The notes beneath the pieces were generated by a model. It was not told the DNA's origin. It saw only the letters and a program-made list of their open reading frames with translations, and searched no databases. The position numbers were made by a program, and so were the translations under genes. From Eledone cirrhosa (Eukaryota), in the NCBI GenBank assembly GCA_964016885.1, contig OZ024742.1:138012001-138076000 (forward strand): a DNA stretch of 64,000 nt, given 5' to 3'. Numbering within the stretch: the first letter of the stretch is position 1; each line of letters starts with the position of its first letter. Shown in pieces: positions 1 through 13,016 of this stretch.

Positions 1-1250
1 AGTTAGCAGTTGCTCAATACGCCACACTCAAATAAAAATCCTTTTTTCCCCAGTGGCTGGCTCATGGTGATGATTTTGCTCTCGTCACAGTGTTCAGGGA
101 GAAAAAGGTTCCGCCAGGCTCTGGACAGGATCTTCTGGCAATAGCTCAGTATTTTTTGTCCAATGGTTTCTATGCTTGGTGGGGACCAAACATATTTCTG
201 CTAATGTCCACTAGCTTGATATATGTGTATCTCCCTTGAGAGTTTGTTGTTAGAGGTTGATAAGATACATTCAATAGATAGTTAGTTTTTTTTTTCACTG
301 TTAACCGACATTTATGTCTCTTCCTGGTGCTTTTATCTTGAAGTTTTTCTGTAATTGACACAATTGATGCTGTATGTCTTTGTTGCAATGCAGAGGCAAT
401 AGTTGGTTCGGATCTGTTTCAACCACACTTCATCTTGATTGAAATTTTTTCCTGTACCAATATTTTTCTCAATAAGAAATCTACGTCTTTCTAGTACGGA
501 GCATCAGTAATGTTTATGGGTTTGCTCCGCATATTACTCTAGATTGTATTAGGTTTCGGAGGAAATTGTTATTAATTATTTTCCTTTCAACCACACTCTT
601 CTGATATCGGAGCGTCTTGCTGACAGCGCTCAATTCTTGTTTGAGTGTGATCAACTTTTATTGAAGAGTTCTGCTTGTACTGTCCCAACACACCATTTCT
701 ATTTTATATTTTACTCTTTGTTGGTGAGCTGTGTAGTTTTATGATTTTGATTACATGTGATGAGTATTGTTACATGTCAAATAATTTTTAGTAGGTTAGC
801 GATCTCTTCTATTTTTGAAATATGGGTTTGCATTGTTTGTGTTGACCTGTGTCTGTTAACATCTCTATTGTCGACAAGCTGTGTACTGTCGTTGATAGGG
901 CATATAGATAGACTTATATTTGTCAAAATATAGGGATTTAATTTAACGTAAATATTCACTCCCATTTGCGTCTATAGTATACAGTATTTCTTTATTTGTG
1001 TTCTTATTTAATACTGTCATTTTTATGGCCTCTTCGAGAGAAAGTTTCATACATAAATTAATCTCATTTTGGAAAATTTCTCTAAGGCAGTATTTTAACT
1101 GTTTGTACTCATCACTTTCCCTGCTAATGGTAGACATTATCATTAACAGTACTTTGATGTTAATGATCAATGCAACTGTGAGATATAGCAGGAAAGAAAA
1201 TTTGACGGCGGCATGGCTGTTTCAAGAGATTGTTTCTGTATTGCTATAGT
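1..1250 (-). mobile_element. Highly decayed R4/Dong-like non-LTR retrotransposon (pre-RT and RT N-terminal region), runs off window start
   Basis: Manual minus-strand translation gives frameshifted fragments LKQELSAVSKTLRYQKSVVERKIINNNFLRN, FNQDEVWLKQI and GKKG..WRIEQLL, resembling the pre-RT/RT region of R4/Dong elements. Many stops. Confidence 0.45.
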
Positions 1251-1974
1251 TTGTTGTCGCTGTTAAGACTGGCTACAAGAAAACAGAAAAATCGCAGCCT
1301 GTTGAGACAGGTGTTGATTACATGTTTGATCTAGAAAAATGCTCACTTAGTTTTGTTATTTGTAGAGATTTTACACGTTCATATTATTTTTACGTTCGGC
1401 AAATATTACTTGGCGTAATTATTGGGCTGTGAAATAATTTAACACTGGGCGAAATTCGTCCCAGTGTATCTTCATTTGATTTTTTTTTTTAGGCGGGGGA
1501 GGAATTTTATAACAATTACATAAATCATTATTGATTTCGTAACTACAAGAAAATGCGATTTATATTTTCGGTTCTTTTTGTATCTACAATATAAAGATTC
1601 TGATTACCTTTATCGTTGTTTTTCTTCGATTCTTCACTATTTTTGTTGATGTCGTGTCATGCTAGGTTTTCTGTGGCAAATCCTTGTAAGCTGAATTCAA
1701 TATTTAGACAGATATCTCTACGATTTCGAATAAAAGGAGTCTTCAATAAATATCACCAGGACAATATGCAGTTACAAAACAAGGTTGATAACTGACGCAT
1801 TGCAGTTAGAGATAGTATTAATAATAAATTTGATGGATAATGTCCCACGCCATATGATCGACTGCCCGCGTCGAAGGTTAAACTGTATGTATGTATGTAG
1901 GTTTGTAGGCAAGTAGTTAAGTATATCTTTTTCATAATACATCTTAATCTTTTTTATCTGATAACCTTTACCTT

Positions 1975-4962
1975 TTTAGGGGGTGAAGCAGTTCTGTATT
2001 CTTGGTTAGTGATCCACCTAGGAGAAGGGAAACGCCATTGAAAAATGTGAGGTTCATTATGTCACACTGAATAACAACTTCATTCACAAAAATGTGGAGG
2101 GAGTGCTGTGCGATCAACAACTACTTTAAAAATGATATTGGGCACGTTATTTAAAATCATAAACAGGGTTGGATGTAACCTAAAAATGCATCCATAATTT
2201 TATGTGAAATCTCTCAAACAAAGTCAGTAAATGGCAGAAAGGGTTTCGAATATTCTAGCGAACTTATTCGGCCCGGCAGGCACCCTGGGATGCTACAGGC
2301 AGGACCCGGTCATCATCCTGCTACTGTGACACTTTCTGTTCAAAGGGTTTGCCTGAAAAGCAAGAGAGACATTCATGTGTTGGTTTTGCAATTAAAAACT
2401 CAATCCTAGACTGCATGCAAGAATTTCCAAGCGGGGTATCTGAAATCATGATATCTTTCTAGCTCCAGCTACAAGATCGATTGCTGACAATTGTGAGTGT
2501 TTACGCATCGACAATATCACATTCCATTGAAAGTACTGAACAATTTTTTAGGGATCTTGGGGGAGTTTCAAGTCCCAAGTCTATGAGGTTGCATTGGGTT
2601 TCAGATCCAAGAGAGTGGCTGATTGGTTTACTGATATTGATTTGGAAGCGTTCAGACTTCTGCGTGAAAAATACAAGAGATGTGTAAACACATTCTAGGA
2701 AAGTCCGAAACTCTCAACAAATATAGTCATTTCAGATCAGTCTTCGGCAAATGAAGGAAAATTGGTGGCACGATAAAGTCAAAGAAGCACAAGCAGCTGT
2801 TGACCGCAAAGACTCTAAAGGCTTCGTTTCATACATGAAACAGGTATTTGGTCCTAGAGCAACAGAGATATCCCCTGTGGGATCCGTTAAAAGGACTATA
2901 TATCTTTACGAGTGTCATATCCATAAGGAAACGTTGGGTGCAACACTACTCTGATCTGCCTCACAGGCCATCAAATGTGAATATGGATGCAATTGAGAGA
3001 ATGAACACACTTCCAGTCATCGTGGAAATGTCTTCTGGACCTTCAGTAGATGACTTCACCGCAGCTGTGAAGAAGTTAGACAACAATAAATCTCTCGGTA
3101 TCGATGGCACCAGCTAAGAAATAATGAAAATCGGTGGACAAAGGATGATCGAAATACTTCACTCACTACTTTTACATTATTGGAGGAAGTACTACAGGAC
3201 TGGGTCGATGATATTTTAATATCACTTTATAATCTGATCATAAATATTTGTGTGATAACCTTTGTGGCATATGTTTGCTATCTTTTGTTGGAATTGTACT
3301 CTCGTGTATTCTTTCAGAACGTATTAACAAGTTCAATGTTCCAAAAGCTGTGTCAGAGGCACAGTTTGGTTTTCACTCCTCTCGCCAGACAATTGACATG
3401 ATTTTCACTATCTGCCAGCTAGATGATGAATGTACGGAGCAAAACATGGTGTTATATCACTGCTTTGTAGACCTTAGCAAAGCGTTCGACACTGTTACCA
3501 GGACTCCATTGTGGTTGGTGTTGAAAACATTTGGCTGTCCTGAAATTTTTCTGAATATGATTAAGGCTGTCCATAGTAAGGCACATATTAATTTTGGTGG
3601 TACTGTTTCAGAGACGTTTGCAGTAGAAAATAGAGTAAGACAAGGCGACGTTGAATCACCAACACTCTTTGCATTCTATTTTGTGGCGGTGCTGTCAAAT
3701 ACCTTTGCAACATCAACATACGGAGTCTTCATGCAATATCGTTTTTCAGGCAATGTGTTGAATTTGACTAGAATGAAATTCCACTCTAAAATTTTACCTC
3801 TTTGATCCGTGACCCTTTACAGGCAGATGAATGCGACCTGAAAAATGTTTGCTAAACCCGATCAGTGATCTGGACGCTGCTTGTGATATGTTCGGTCTTA
3901 TAATTAATCTGAAAAAGACGGTGGTAGTGCATCAACCTGCTCCTGGGAAGCAGACAACTGCACTTCATATCCTCGTTAAGGGAATAATGTCAAGGACGGT
4001 GATCTCATTTGAATGCCTTGGCAGTAGGATACAATCTGATGGCAAATTGGATACTGAAATCTCATCACGTATACAAGAGTCAGCAAAAGCATTTGGTGGA
4101 CTAGAAATTAACGTATGGTTAAAAAGTACATTAAATTGATGACTAACATTGCGGTATACCTCTCATTTGTAATCTTGTATTCATCCAAGACATGGATGTT
4201 GCACATACGTCATGTTAAAATGTTGGAGCAGTTTCAACAAAAGTGCCTCTGGCATATACTCATCGTAATCTTGAACACATTCGTTCTAGACATGGAGATT
4301 CTTACTGGGCAAAAAGTTTCATCTATACAAGCTATGCTTATTAAGAATCAGTTAAGATGGAGAGGTCACATGATTCGTATGGGTGACGGATGCAACCCTG
4401 AAAAAATGTTTTATGGTGAACTCAAGCTGGTAGAAAGGTTAAATAGTAAGCCAAGGAGGAGATACAGAGAGTCTTTAAAAATGAACTTAAAATGCCTTAA
4501 CATATTCTACAAAAATCTTGAACCTTGTGCAACAGATAGATTATCCCGAAGAAATGCTATTTAGAATTGAGTTAAAGCATTTTAAATGGAGAGTGTAAAA
4601 CATGCAGAACCGAAGAAAAATGTGCGGAAGAATGAAACCAACAGTAAAATGGTGAATAGTATCAAGCGTTGGTTTTCAAATTCCTTGTGTGCCCTAAAGT
4701 GATCCTTTGAACCGCTGGCTTGAAGTCAAAGCGACGAGCATATGATGGTCCAAGTTGACTATACATACTTCGTTCCAGAGAAGCACTTACTGTGCCATGT
4801 TTGTCAGAAAAGTTGCAAATCAGGTGGTCGATTGAAGTGACATGTAAGCATACAAAATATGTAAAGTAGAAACAAGAGCGAAATGAGCCGCCATTGTATT
4901 AGAGGTGGACGGGTTTTTCACAGGCTGTTAGGACTCAAAGGCCATTTGAGGTCTCATGCCAG
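1975..4962 (+). mobile_element. Decayed RTE-clade LINE (APE endonuclease remnants, RT, C-terminal C2H2-like fingers)
   Basis: ORF fragments LTIVSVYAST (APE), KSLGIDG, DWVDDILISLY, EAQFGFHSSRQTIDMIFTICQL, FVDLSKAFDTV, VRQGDVESPTLF, GLIINLKKT, QLRWRGHMIRM, FYGEL. CHVCQKSC and C..GRVF....GLKGHLRSH lie near 4790-4960. Multiple frameshifts and stops. Confidence 0.92.
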
Positions 4963-4968
4963 GAAAGA

Positions 4969-5008
4969 GCACACACGCACACACACACGCGCACGCACAC
5001 GCACACGC

Positions 5009-5104
<96 letters not shown>

Positions 5105-5106
5105 GT

Positions 5107-5200
<94 letters not shown>
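4969..5200. repeat. (CA)n microsatellite; representative of many (CA)n, (TA)n, (GA)n and (GATA)n arrays in the window
   Basis: Direct reading. Confidence 0.98.
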
Positions 5201-5204
<4 letters not shown>

Positions 5205-5270
5205 ATATCCTCCTAACATATACAATCGTTAACTCCCTTCCTAAATCTCTACTATTTATTTGTAAATCTA

Positions 5271-5385
5271 TCTTCTAATAAAGATCTAAGGTCCGAAACG
5301 TTAAGATTCATTTCCTGCTATTTCAAGCGTTAAACTAATATATTTCTTCAATGTACTGCGTCGTTTTGCTTTGTTATTTCTTTTT
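5271..5385 (+). mobile_element. PLE-type terminal fragment with a degenerate ultra-minimal hammerhead (5271-5306)
   Basis: tctt-CTAATAA-agatctaaggtcc-GAAAC-GTT-aaga: stem I tctt/aaga, core CTGATGA mutated at two Gs. The downstream part (gtccgaaacgttaaga...ttcctgctatttcaagcgttaa) recurs at 40161-40220. Confidence 0.55.
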
Positions 5386-5431
5386 ACCTTTTACACACAC
5401 AAACACACACACACACACACGCGCACGCACG

Positions 5432-5478
<47 letters not shown>

Positions 5479-5551
5479 ACACACATACATATATATATAT
5501 ACATATATATATGTATGTATATATATATGTGTATATATATATATATGTGTG

Positions 5552-6309
<758 letters not shown>

Positions 6310-7412
6310 TTAATTCAAAATATTAACAAAAATAGAACTTCTTGTGATCACGTATATTTTATTATACATATTTCAGAAGTTTAATAGTAAACTTTTTAAA
6401 GTTTAATTATAAGGCCTTTTAATGCTTTAAGGCATTCTGATTGTTAATCTCAATTTTCAAAAATGATAACTGCAATTATTTTATAAATTATATAATGCGA
6501 ATTATCTTCAATAAAATATAAATAATTAAATATATTATAATAAAATTAATAAAAATTACCTTCGAGAGGATGAAAAATAGCATATCTTCTCTGTCATGTT
6601 TGCAAATAGTTTAAATTTGAATTCATAAAATATGATTTTACAAATTAAATATGATAGTATACTTTAATATTAATACAGATATTTATAAACTTTTATAGCC
6701 TGAAATATTATACACTTTAATTAATTCATTACTCTGCACTAACTTAAATGATTTGAAAGTCAACGGTCAACCGGATACGTTTGGATAGTATATATAACGA
6801 ATTAACTAAGGAAATTAATCTTTATTGATTACACCCAGTTATATTTAGGATTTAGATTGATGAATATTTCTAGATAATTCAATAATTCAATGATTCGAGT
6901 TTACTCTATCGCATAGCTATGCCCAAATATATAGTTATGTATAGATATATATAATTCATCCCTCCCTATAATTATAATTATTCCTCTTTGTCTCCCTTTC
7001 TTGATCAATTCTCTTTTGCTCTCTATACCTCTACTAGCTATATTCTCCCCTCATCTGTTTTCTCTCTGTCTTTTTTTCTTTCCTCTTTCTTAAATAATTA
7101 TTTCAATCTCTAACAGTTATGTAAATTACTGTATGAATTTTTAAGCTTTCTTACACGCACCCTCTGTATTATATGTATTATATTTAAGTTTTTTCATGTA
7201 TCAATCTTAAGGTATATAAATATTGAGTTGTGGCACATCTTACTCACTACCATGACTGGATATTAACCATCTACTCTGTCAGGGTATGTCATGCATCATC
7301 TTATTTTATCTGATGAGAACGTACTTTTGAAGTTAGCTCAGTACCTCTGAAATATGTATAATAAAATATACTTGATCACAAAGTGTTCTATTTTTGTTAA
7401 TATTTTGAATGA
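6310..7412 (+). mobile_element. PLE-derived remnant with an inverted 5' copy of its 3' terminus
   Basis: 6312-6378 is the near reverse complement of ~7346-7411. The hammerhead at 7304-7366 overlaps the 3' arm. The interior is AT-rich and decayed. Confidence 0.7.
7304..7366 (+). ncRNA. Minimal type-I hammerhead ribozyme
   Basis: ttttat-CTGATGA-gaacgtac...gtacctct-GAAA-tatgt-ATA-ataaaa. Perfect 6-bp stem I, intact core, near-palindromic stem III, imperfect stem II. Confidence 0.7.
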
Positions 7413-7557
7413 ATAATATTAATAACTCCGGAAAACCAAACTGTTGAGTGCTTCCAATCTATTGTAAAACTAATTCTTTGATTTATTCATTGAACCCTGT
7501 TTAACCTTTAAATATAAATACATATATATATATATATATAAATACATATATTTATAT

Positions 7558-7703
<146 letters not shown>

Positions 7704-7768
7704 AAAAAAGATGAAATCGAAAATACAACTGGAGTCTTTTTTTTATAAAAATATACATTTATTTGGTT

Positions 7769-7805
7769 CCTTTACCGGTTTCGCAGTTCTTCTGCTTTTC
7801 AAAAG
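7769..7805 (-). ncRNA. Degenerate minimal hammerhead ribozyme
   Basis: Minus strand ctt-TTGAAAA-gcag aagaa ctgc-GAAAC-cg-GTA-aagg. Stem II and palindromic stem III (ACCGGT) are intact; two core substitutions. Confidence 0.55.
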
Positions 7806-8297
7806 TAGAATTGAGATGGAATGTTTGTGGTTTTTCTCACATATATATATATGAATGTATGTATGTATATGTGTGTGTATGTGTGGTGTCTGTGTAACCA
7901 ATTCAATAACAGTTGGTCGAAGACCACCGTAAAACGAACGAAACACAGGACACTCATTTCTCCCCAGTCGATCTCTGGGGGTCTGTATGAATCCAGTGCA
8001 TATATACACACATGCACGCATAATCATGAACTCAGGAAGCGTAGCTTTTCAGGATGATCTTGGTAAAATGTGGAGTGAGGAAATGACTTGGACACCCCGC
8101 ATAGTTTCTTGTTTAAAGTGTTGATGGCTTGTGTGAAATCATTTTGGCATCGTAACTGTTGATGCAATGAATGCTACCTCAGGCTTTCTCTTCACAGATT
8201 TCCATCTCAGAGAAATTGCTAACCAAGGCTAAAAAGAATACATTTATTCATGAAGTGAGTTATTCATGTCAGAGAGACACCTGGTATTTTAATTCCG

Positions 8298-8368
<71 letters not shown>

Positions 8369-8370
8369 GG

Positions 8371-8603
8371 CTTCTACAGGACTAGAACTGTTTCATTTAG
8401 GGCAAATCATCATATATATATATATATATCTTTGTTACTCTAATTACTCTAAATACAGTTTTTAAAGAATTCCCTTTACTTTAAATCCACCCATTCCAAA
8501 AAACCACCCTCTGCTACCACCAGAAAAAGATATAAATACCACCACATTACTTGGACAGCCGGCTTCCTGATGATTTCTACCGAATGAAACAGTTCTAGTC
8601 CCG

Positions 8604-8605
<2 letters not shown>
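8371..8605 (+). mobile_element. Family A hammerhead element (short copy) with inverted 5' ribozyme fragment
   Basis: 8371-8411 is the inverted copy of the ribozyme region. 8562-8605 reads gcttc-CTGATGA-tttctaccgaat-GAAAC-agttctagtccc-GTA and is truncated into (TA)n. The body matches 24060-24120 plus 27544-27670. Confidence 0.75.
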
Positions 8606-8681
<76 letters not shown>

Positions 8682-8685
8682 TTAT

Positions 8686-8874
8686 AACGAAGGAGGTGTG
8701 CTAAGGAACCAGATGAACCATAACGCACCAGAGTACTCAATACTTAGGGTAGTAGACTGGGTAATAGGAAAATGTTTAACCCCGACGGCAGAGCTCAAGC
8801 CGTTTCGACGGCTATTTCTGGAGTCCAGAAATAGCCGCCGAAACGGCTTGAGCTCTGCCGTCGGGGTTAAACAT
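8686..8874. mobile_element. Family B PLE terminal repeat forming a near-perfect hairpin
   Basis: Arms 8772-8822 and 8824-8874 (1-nt spacer, 1 mismatch) each carry the hammerhead 3' half GAAACggcttgagctctgccGTCggggt. Homologous to 19087-19198, 20700-20756, 50651-50776, 57287-57490 and 58685-58740. Confidence 0.85.
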
Positions 8875-8989
8875 ATATATATATGTGTGTATGTGTGTGT
8901 GTATATATGAAGCGAAGTTTTGGTTGTTATAGAAGAAATGATGTACGCGCAAAATACCAACAATTCACTTCAACAAAACGATGATTACT

Positions 8990-9400
8990 TCGAGTCGTAA
9001 ATATAAAGTTTGATTATAGTGTTCACAAATGAAGATAGTGTTCAATAAGGCACTGTGCGGGAGTCTGTTTGTTTATCATGGAACGTTCCCTTAAAATGTG
9101 ACATGTTGTAGTCAGACAGTATGTACCAGCAGAGGTAGTAGTATGATCTATTATGTTGAGGTTGTGTTATACAAGCGCAGTGGCAGGGAACTGTATTTTC
9201 TATGAGAAGATATAAATGACTAACTGTTAGGTCCACAGGACAGCTAATTTATATTGATGGTTAATGGTTTTTGATAGAAAACAAATGGTCGTGGCCCATG
9301 AATATATTTTCGTTCCTAAGAATGGTGCCGTAAATCTTCCCATCGGAGAATTCATCTATTATCTTCTCTGCTAGGTCGCAGGTCACTGACTTGGTGGCCG
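8990..9400 (-). mobile_element. Possible decayed PLE linker fragment (Neptune-like)
   Basis: Minus-strand fragments RPFVFYQKPL and ENTVPCHCACITQP resemble the PLE RT-to-GIY-YIG linker. Very degraded. Confidence 0.3.
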
Positions 9401-9782
9401 TCTCAGTACGGGAAAAGAAAACCGTGGCTAAACATTTCTTTCGCTACATATTTCGTTTCTATTCATCCAACTATCATATATATTATTATTACATAGATTA
9501 CTATTTTGTCTTTCGTCGCTCACTCCTTTGGACATCATTTTGCTTAAGTCTGACTCTGTGACCCCGGATGGACCAGCTGTACCATTGTTAGGGTTCGAAA
9601 CTGCTCATGTCCATCTCAACGGCCGATAATCATGGAGTTCGGTATCCTTCGTTTCCTCTTAAAAAATTGTTTTTCGTTTCGTTTTGTTTCCATTCTATGC
9701 GTTTTCCTTTCTTTGTTAATTTTCTTAAGTTTATATATACATGCATATTGAAAAGGTAAAAGTTCTAAAAAGTTAAAATGTC

Positions 9783-9823
<41 letters not shown>

Positions 9824-10011
9824 TGTACGCACAATTAGATGGTAGTTGAATTACCTGAGTTCCCCGAGCCTTTGACATGTTTTGCTTTTCAACATGCAGT
9901 GTTTTAAAAAATTCAATTCCTAGCCAAGTACTATTGATGGGGATGCCAGTTTCCTATCCAAAGATCCGACCATATAACAACTTGTACTGGGCTATATTTC
10001 AGGAGAAAGAC

Positions 10012-10092
<81 letters not shown>

Positions 10093-11053
10093 CAACTTTT
10101 TCCGGTTATTATGTATTTTCCGCTTGTTCATAGATTATATACATCGCACCAAATGGGTTTTCAGCCCTTGTAGTTCTAAACACACTTCTCTTTGTGTTTA
10201 TATATATATATATATATATATACTCTCATATCCAACATGTTTTCCGTATTTTATTTCTTGCATTCTTTTCATTAATACCTTCATTTATTATTTTATATAG
10301 ACACACATTAATTCGATATATTCAGTACTATACTTTCATTATTTGTCTCATTCTCTCTATATATACCACTCACTCCATCCTATTGTCCGATCGTTCCTAT
10401 ATACCGTTCATTCGTTATTCCTCTCATATTTCATTTTTCTTATTGTTCATTATCACAACATGATACTACTCTTTTAGACTCTGCTTTTTATTCCTTCGTA
10501 CAAGCATACGTTTATGATATTATTCTACCATTACAACAGTTTGGAAATATTTTCAATATCTCATCATATATGTTATTATTTCGTTCGCTTTACACATTTG
10601 CTAATATATTAACCCATTCACCAGTTCATTCTTTCCCTCGTCATTCACCTTCACAACACTCTAGCCCCATTTTTAAAAACAAATATCCATTTGCCCGTAT
10701 TAACACCCATATACTCATCTTCTCTTATTCTCATATTCTTATATTCTTTCTACTATTTTATTACAATCTATCATTCCGCATCTCTTACTTCTTTAGAATT
10801 CAGTTCTTTCTTTTGCCATACACACATACATACAGACGAATACAACCAATATGCATCTATGTGATTATGTAAGTATGTGTATGTACGTGTATATATATAT
10901 CACATATGCCGATTGCTAATAATTTATTGATTCACACATTCGTTCATTCACACATTTGTTTATTCTGTCATTTCAATAATCTGCCCCCCGTTATTTATAT
11001 ATAATATATTTTTTTGCGTAGACACACATACACGTACATATATACACACACAC

Positions 11054-11150
<97 letters not shown>

Positions 11151-11275
11151 TATGTATATATGCATATATACACACATATATATATGTATATATACATATA
11201 TATACAAATATATATATGTATATACATGTTTGTGTATATATATGTATATATATATATATTTATATATTTATATGC

Positions 11276-11375
<100 letters not shown>

Positions 11376-11467
11376 GTATACCACTAACATCACTATCACA
11401 ATCACCAACATGTATATAAGCATGTCTCTGCCCCCCCCTCTATCTCTCTCCCTCTCTCTCTCTCTAT

Positions 11468-11504
<37 letters not shown>

Positions 11505-11689
11505 ACATGACTTTTCATTTATTAAATCATGTTTTTAACGTTCTATATCTGTATACTTGATCCACACAAAATATTTGTTCTGTTCGTGTGAAAAATATCG
11601 ACCCAAAACCTAGGCCAATATATTTTGCCGTCGCTGAAAATAGTACAGGGCCGACAGGTTTTGTACTTAGCTATTATTGGCGGTATTTA

Positions 11690-12860
11690 TTATAGTGGTA
11701 GTAGCGGCGATCGTGTTTGTAGTGATTGTGGTGTTTGCAGTAGTGTTGGTTTCCCGTAGTGGTAGTTGTGTCACATAATATTTTTTATTATTGTTGTTTG
11801 TTGTTTCAGTTGTAGTACTGCTTGTTGATGTTGTTTTCAGTTTCATCGTATTGGTCGTTGTAATAGTAGTGATTGTAGTGTTTACTGTGGTGTTGGTTTA
11901 AAGTAGTGGTGGTTGAGATAAACGATAATAGTACTAGTTGCTGTTAGTATTGATGGTAGTAGTGCTGGTATTGATCGTTTGGTTTGTTTTCACTTTTCTA
12001 GTTGTGGTGGTTGTGATGTTCGTGGTGATTGTGACGTTGTGATGTTGGTGTTGATTGTGATAGTGTTGTTAGTGGTGATTGTGATGGTCGTGGTATTAGT
12101 GGTGATCGTGATAGTGATGGTGGTCATTGTGATAACAATGTTGGTGGTGATTGTGATAATGATGTTGGTGGTGATTGTGATGGTTGCGATGTTGGTGGTG
12201 ATTGTGACGTTGTGATGTTGGTGGAGATTGTGATGGTTTGGGATGTTGGTGGTGATTGTGATAGTGATGATGTTGGTGGTGATTTGTGATAGTTGTGATG
12301 TTGGTGGTGATTTGTGATAGTTGTGATGTTGGTGGTGATTGTGATGGTTGTGATGTTGGTGGTGATCGTGGTAGTGCTGATGTTGGTGGTGATTGTTATA
12401 GTGATGTTGGTGGTGATTGTCATGGTGATGCTGGTGGTTGTTGTGTTTGCGGTGTAGCTGTCGATGGTTGTTTATGGCAATTTTCGTGTTGGATGTTCGT
12501 GGCAGTACAGCAGTTGTGATGCTGTTTGTGATGTTGCTGTTGTTGGTTGTAGCGTGGTATAGTTGCTGCTGTTGATATTGGTGTTGATGTGGTTACTGTT
12601 GTTGTTGTTGGCATTGGTGGTGGTGGTGGTGGTTGTGGTGTTAATAATGGTTGCAGTGGTATTGCTTGTTAGATTGTTATCTGCAGTAGAAGTGCTAACA
12701 ATGGTGTTGTGGGGCCTAGACTATTTAACTTGCAGGCTGGTTTGGCGATTAGTTTGTTGGGCGGACGTTTGGCTGTCTGGTTTGCTGGTAGGTGGTCTTC
12801 CTACTACTACTACTTCTTATTCTACTCTACTACTTCTTATTTTACTACTACTACTACTAT

Positions 12861-12923
<63 letters not shown>

Positions 12924-12950
12924 CACCACCTCTACTACTACTACTAATAT

Positions 12951-13016
<66 letters not shown>

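Noticed and set aside
9545-9620. Hammerhead-like ctgtga-ccc...gggttc-gaaac
   Set aside because: The core lacks a base and stems I and III cannot be formed convincingly.
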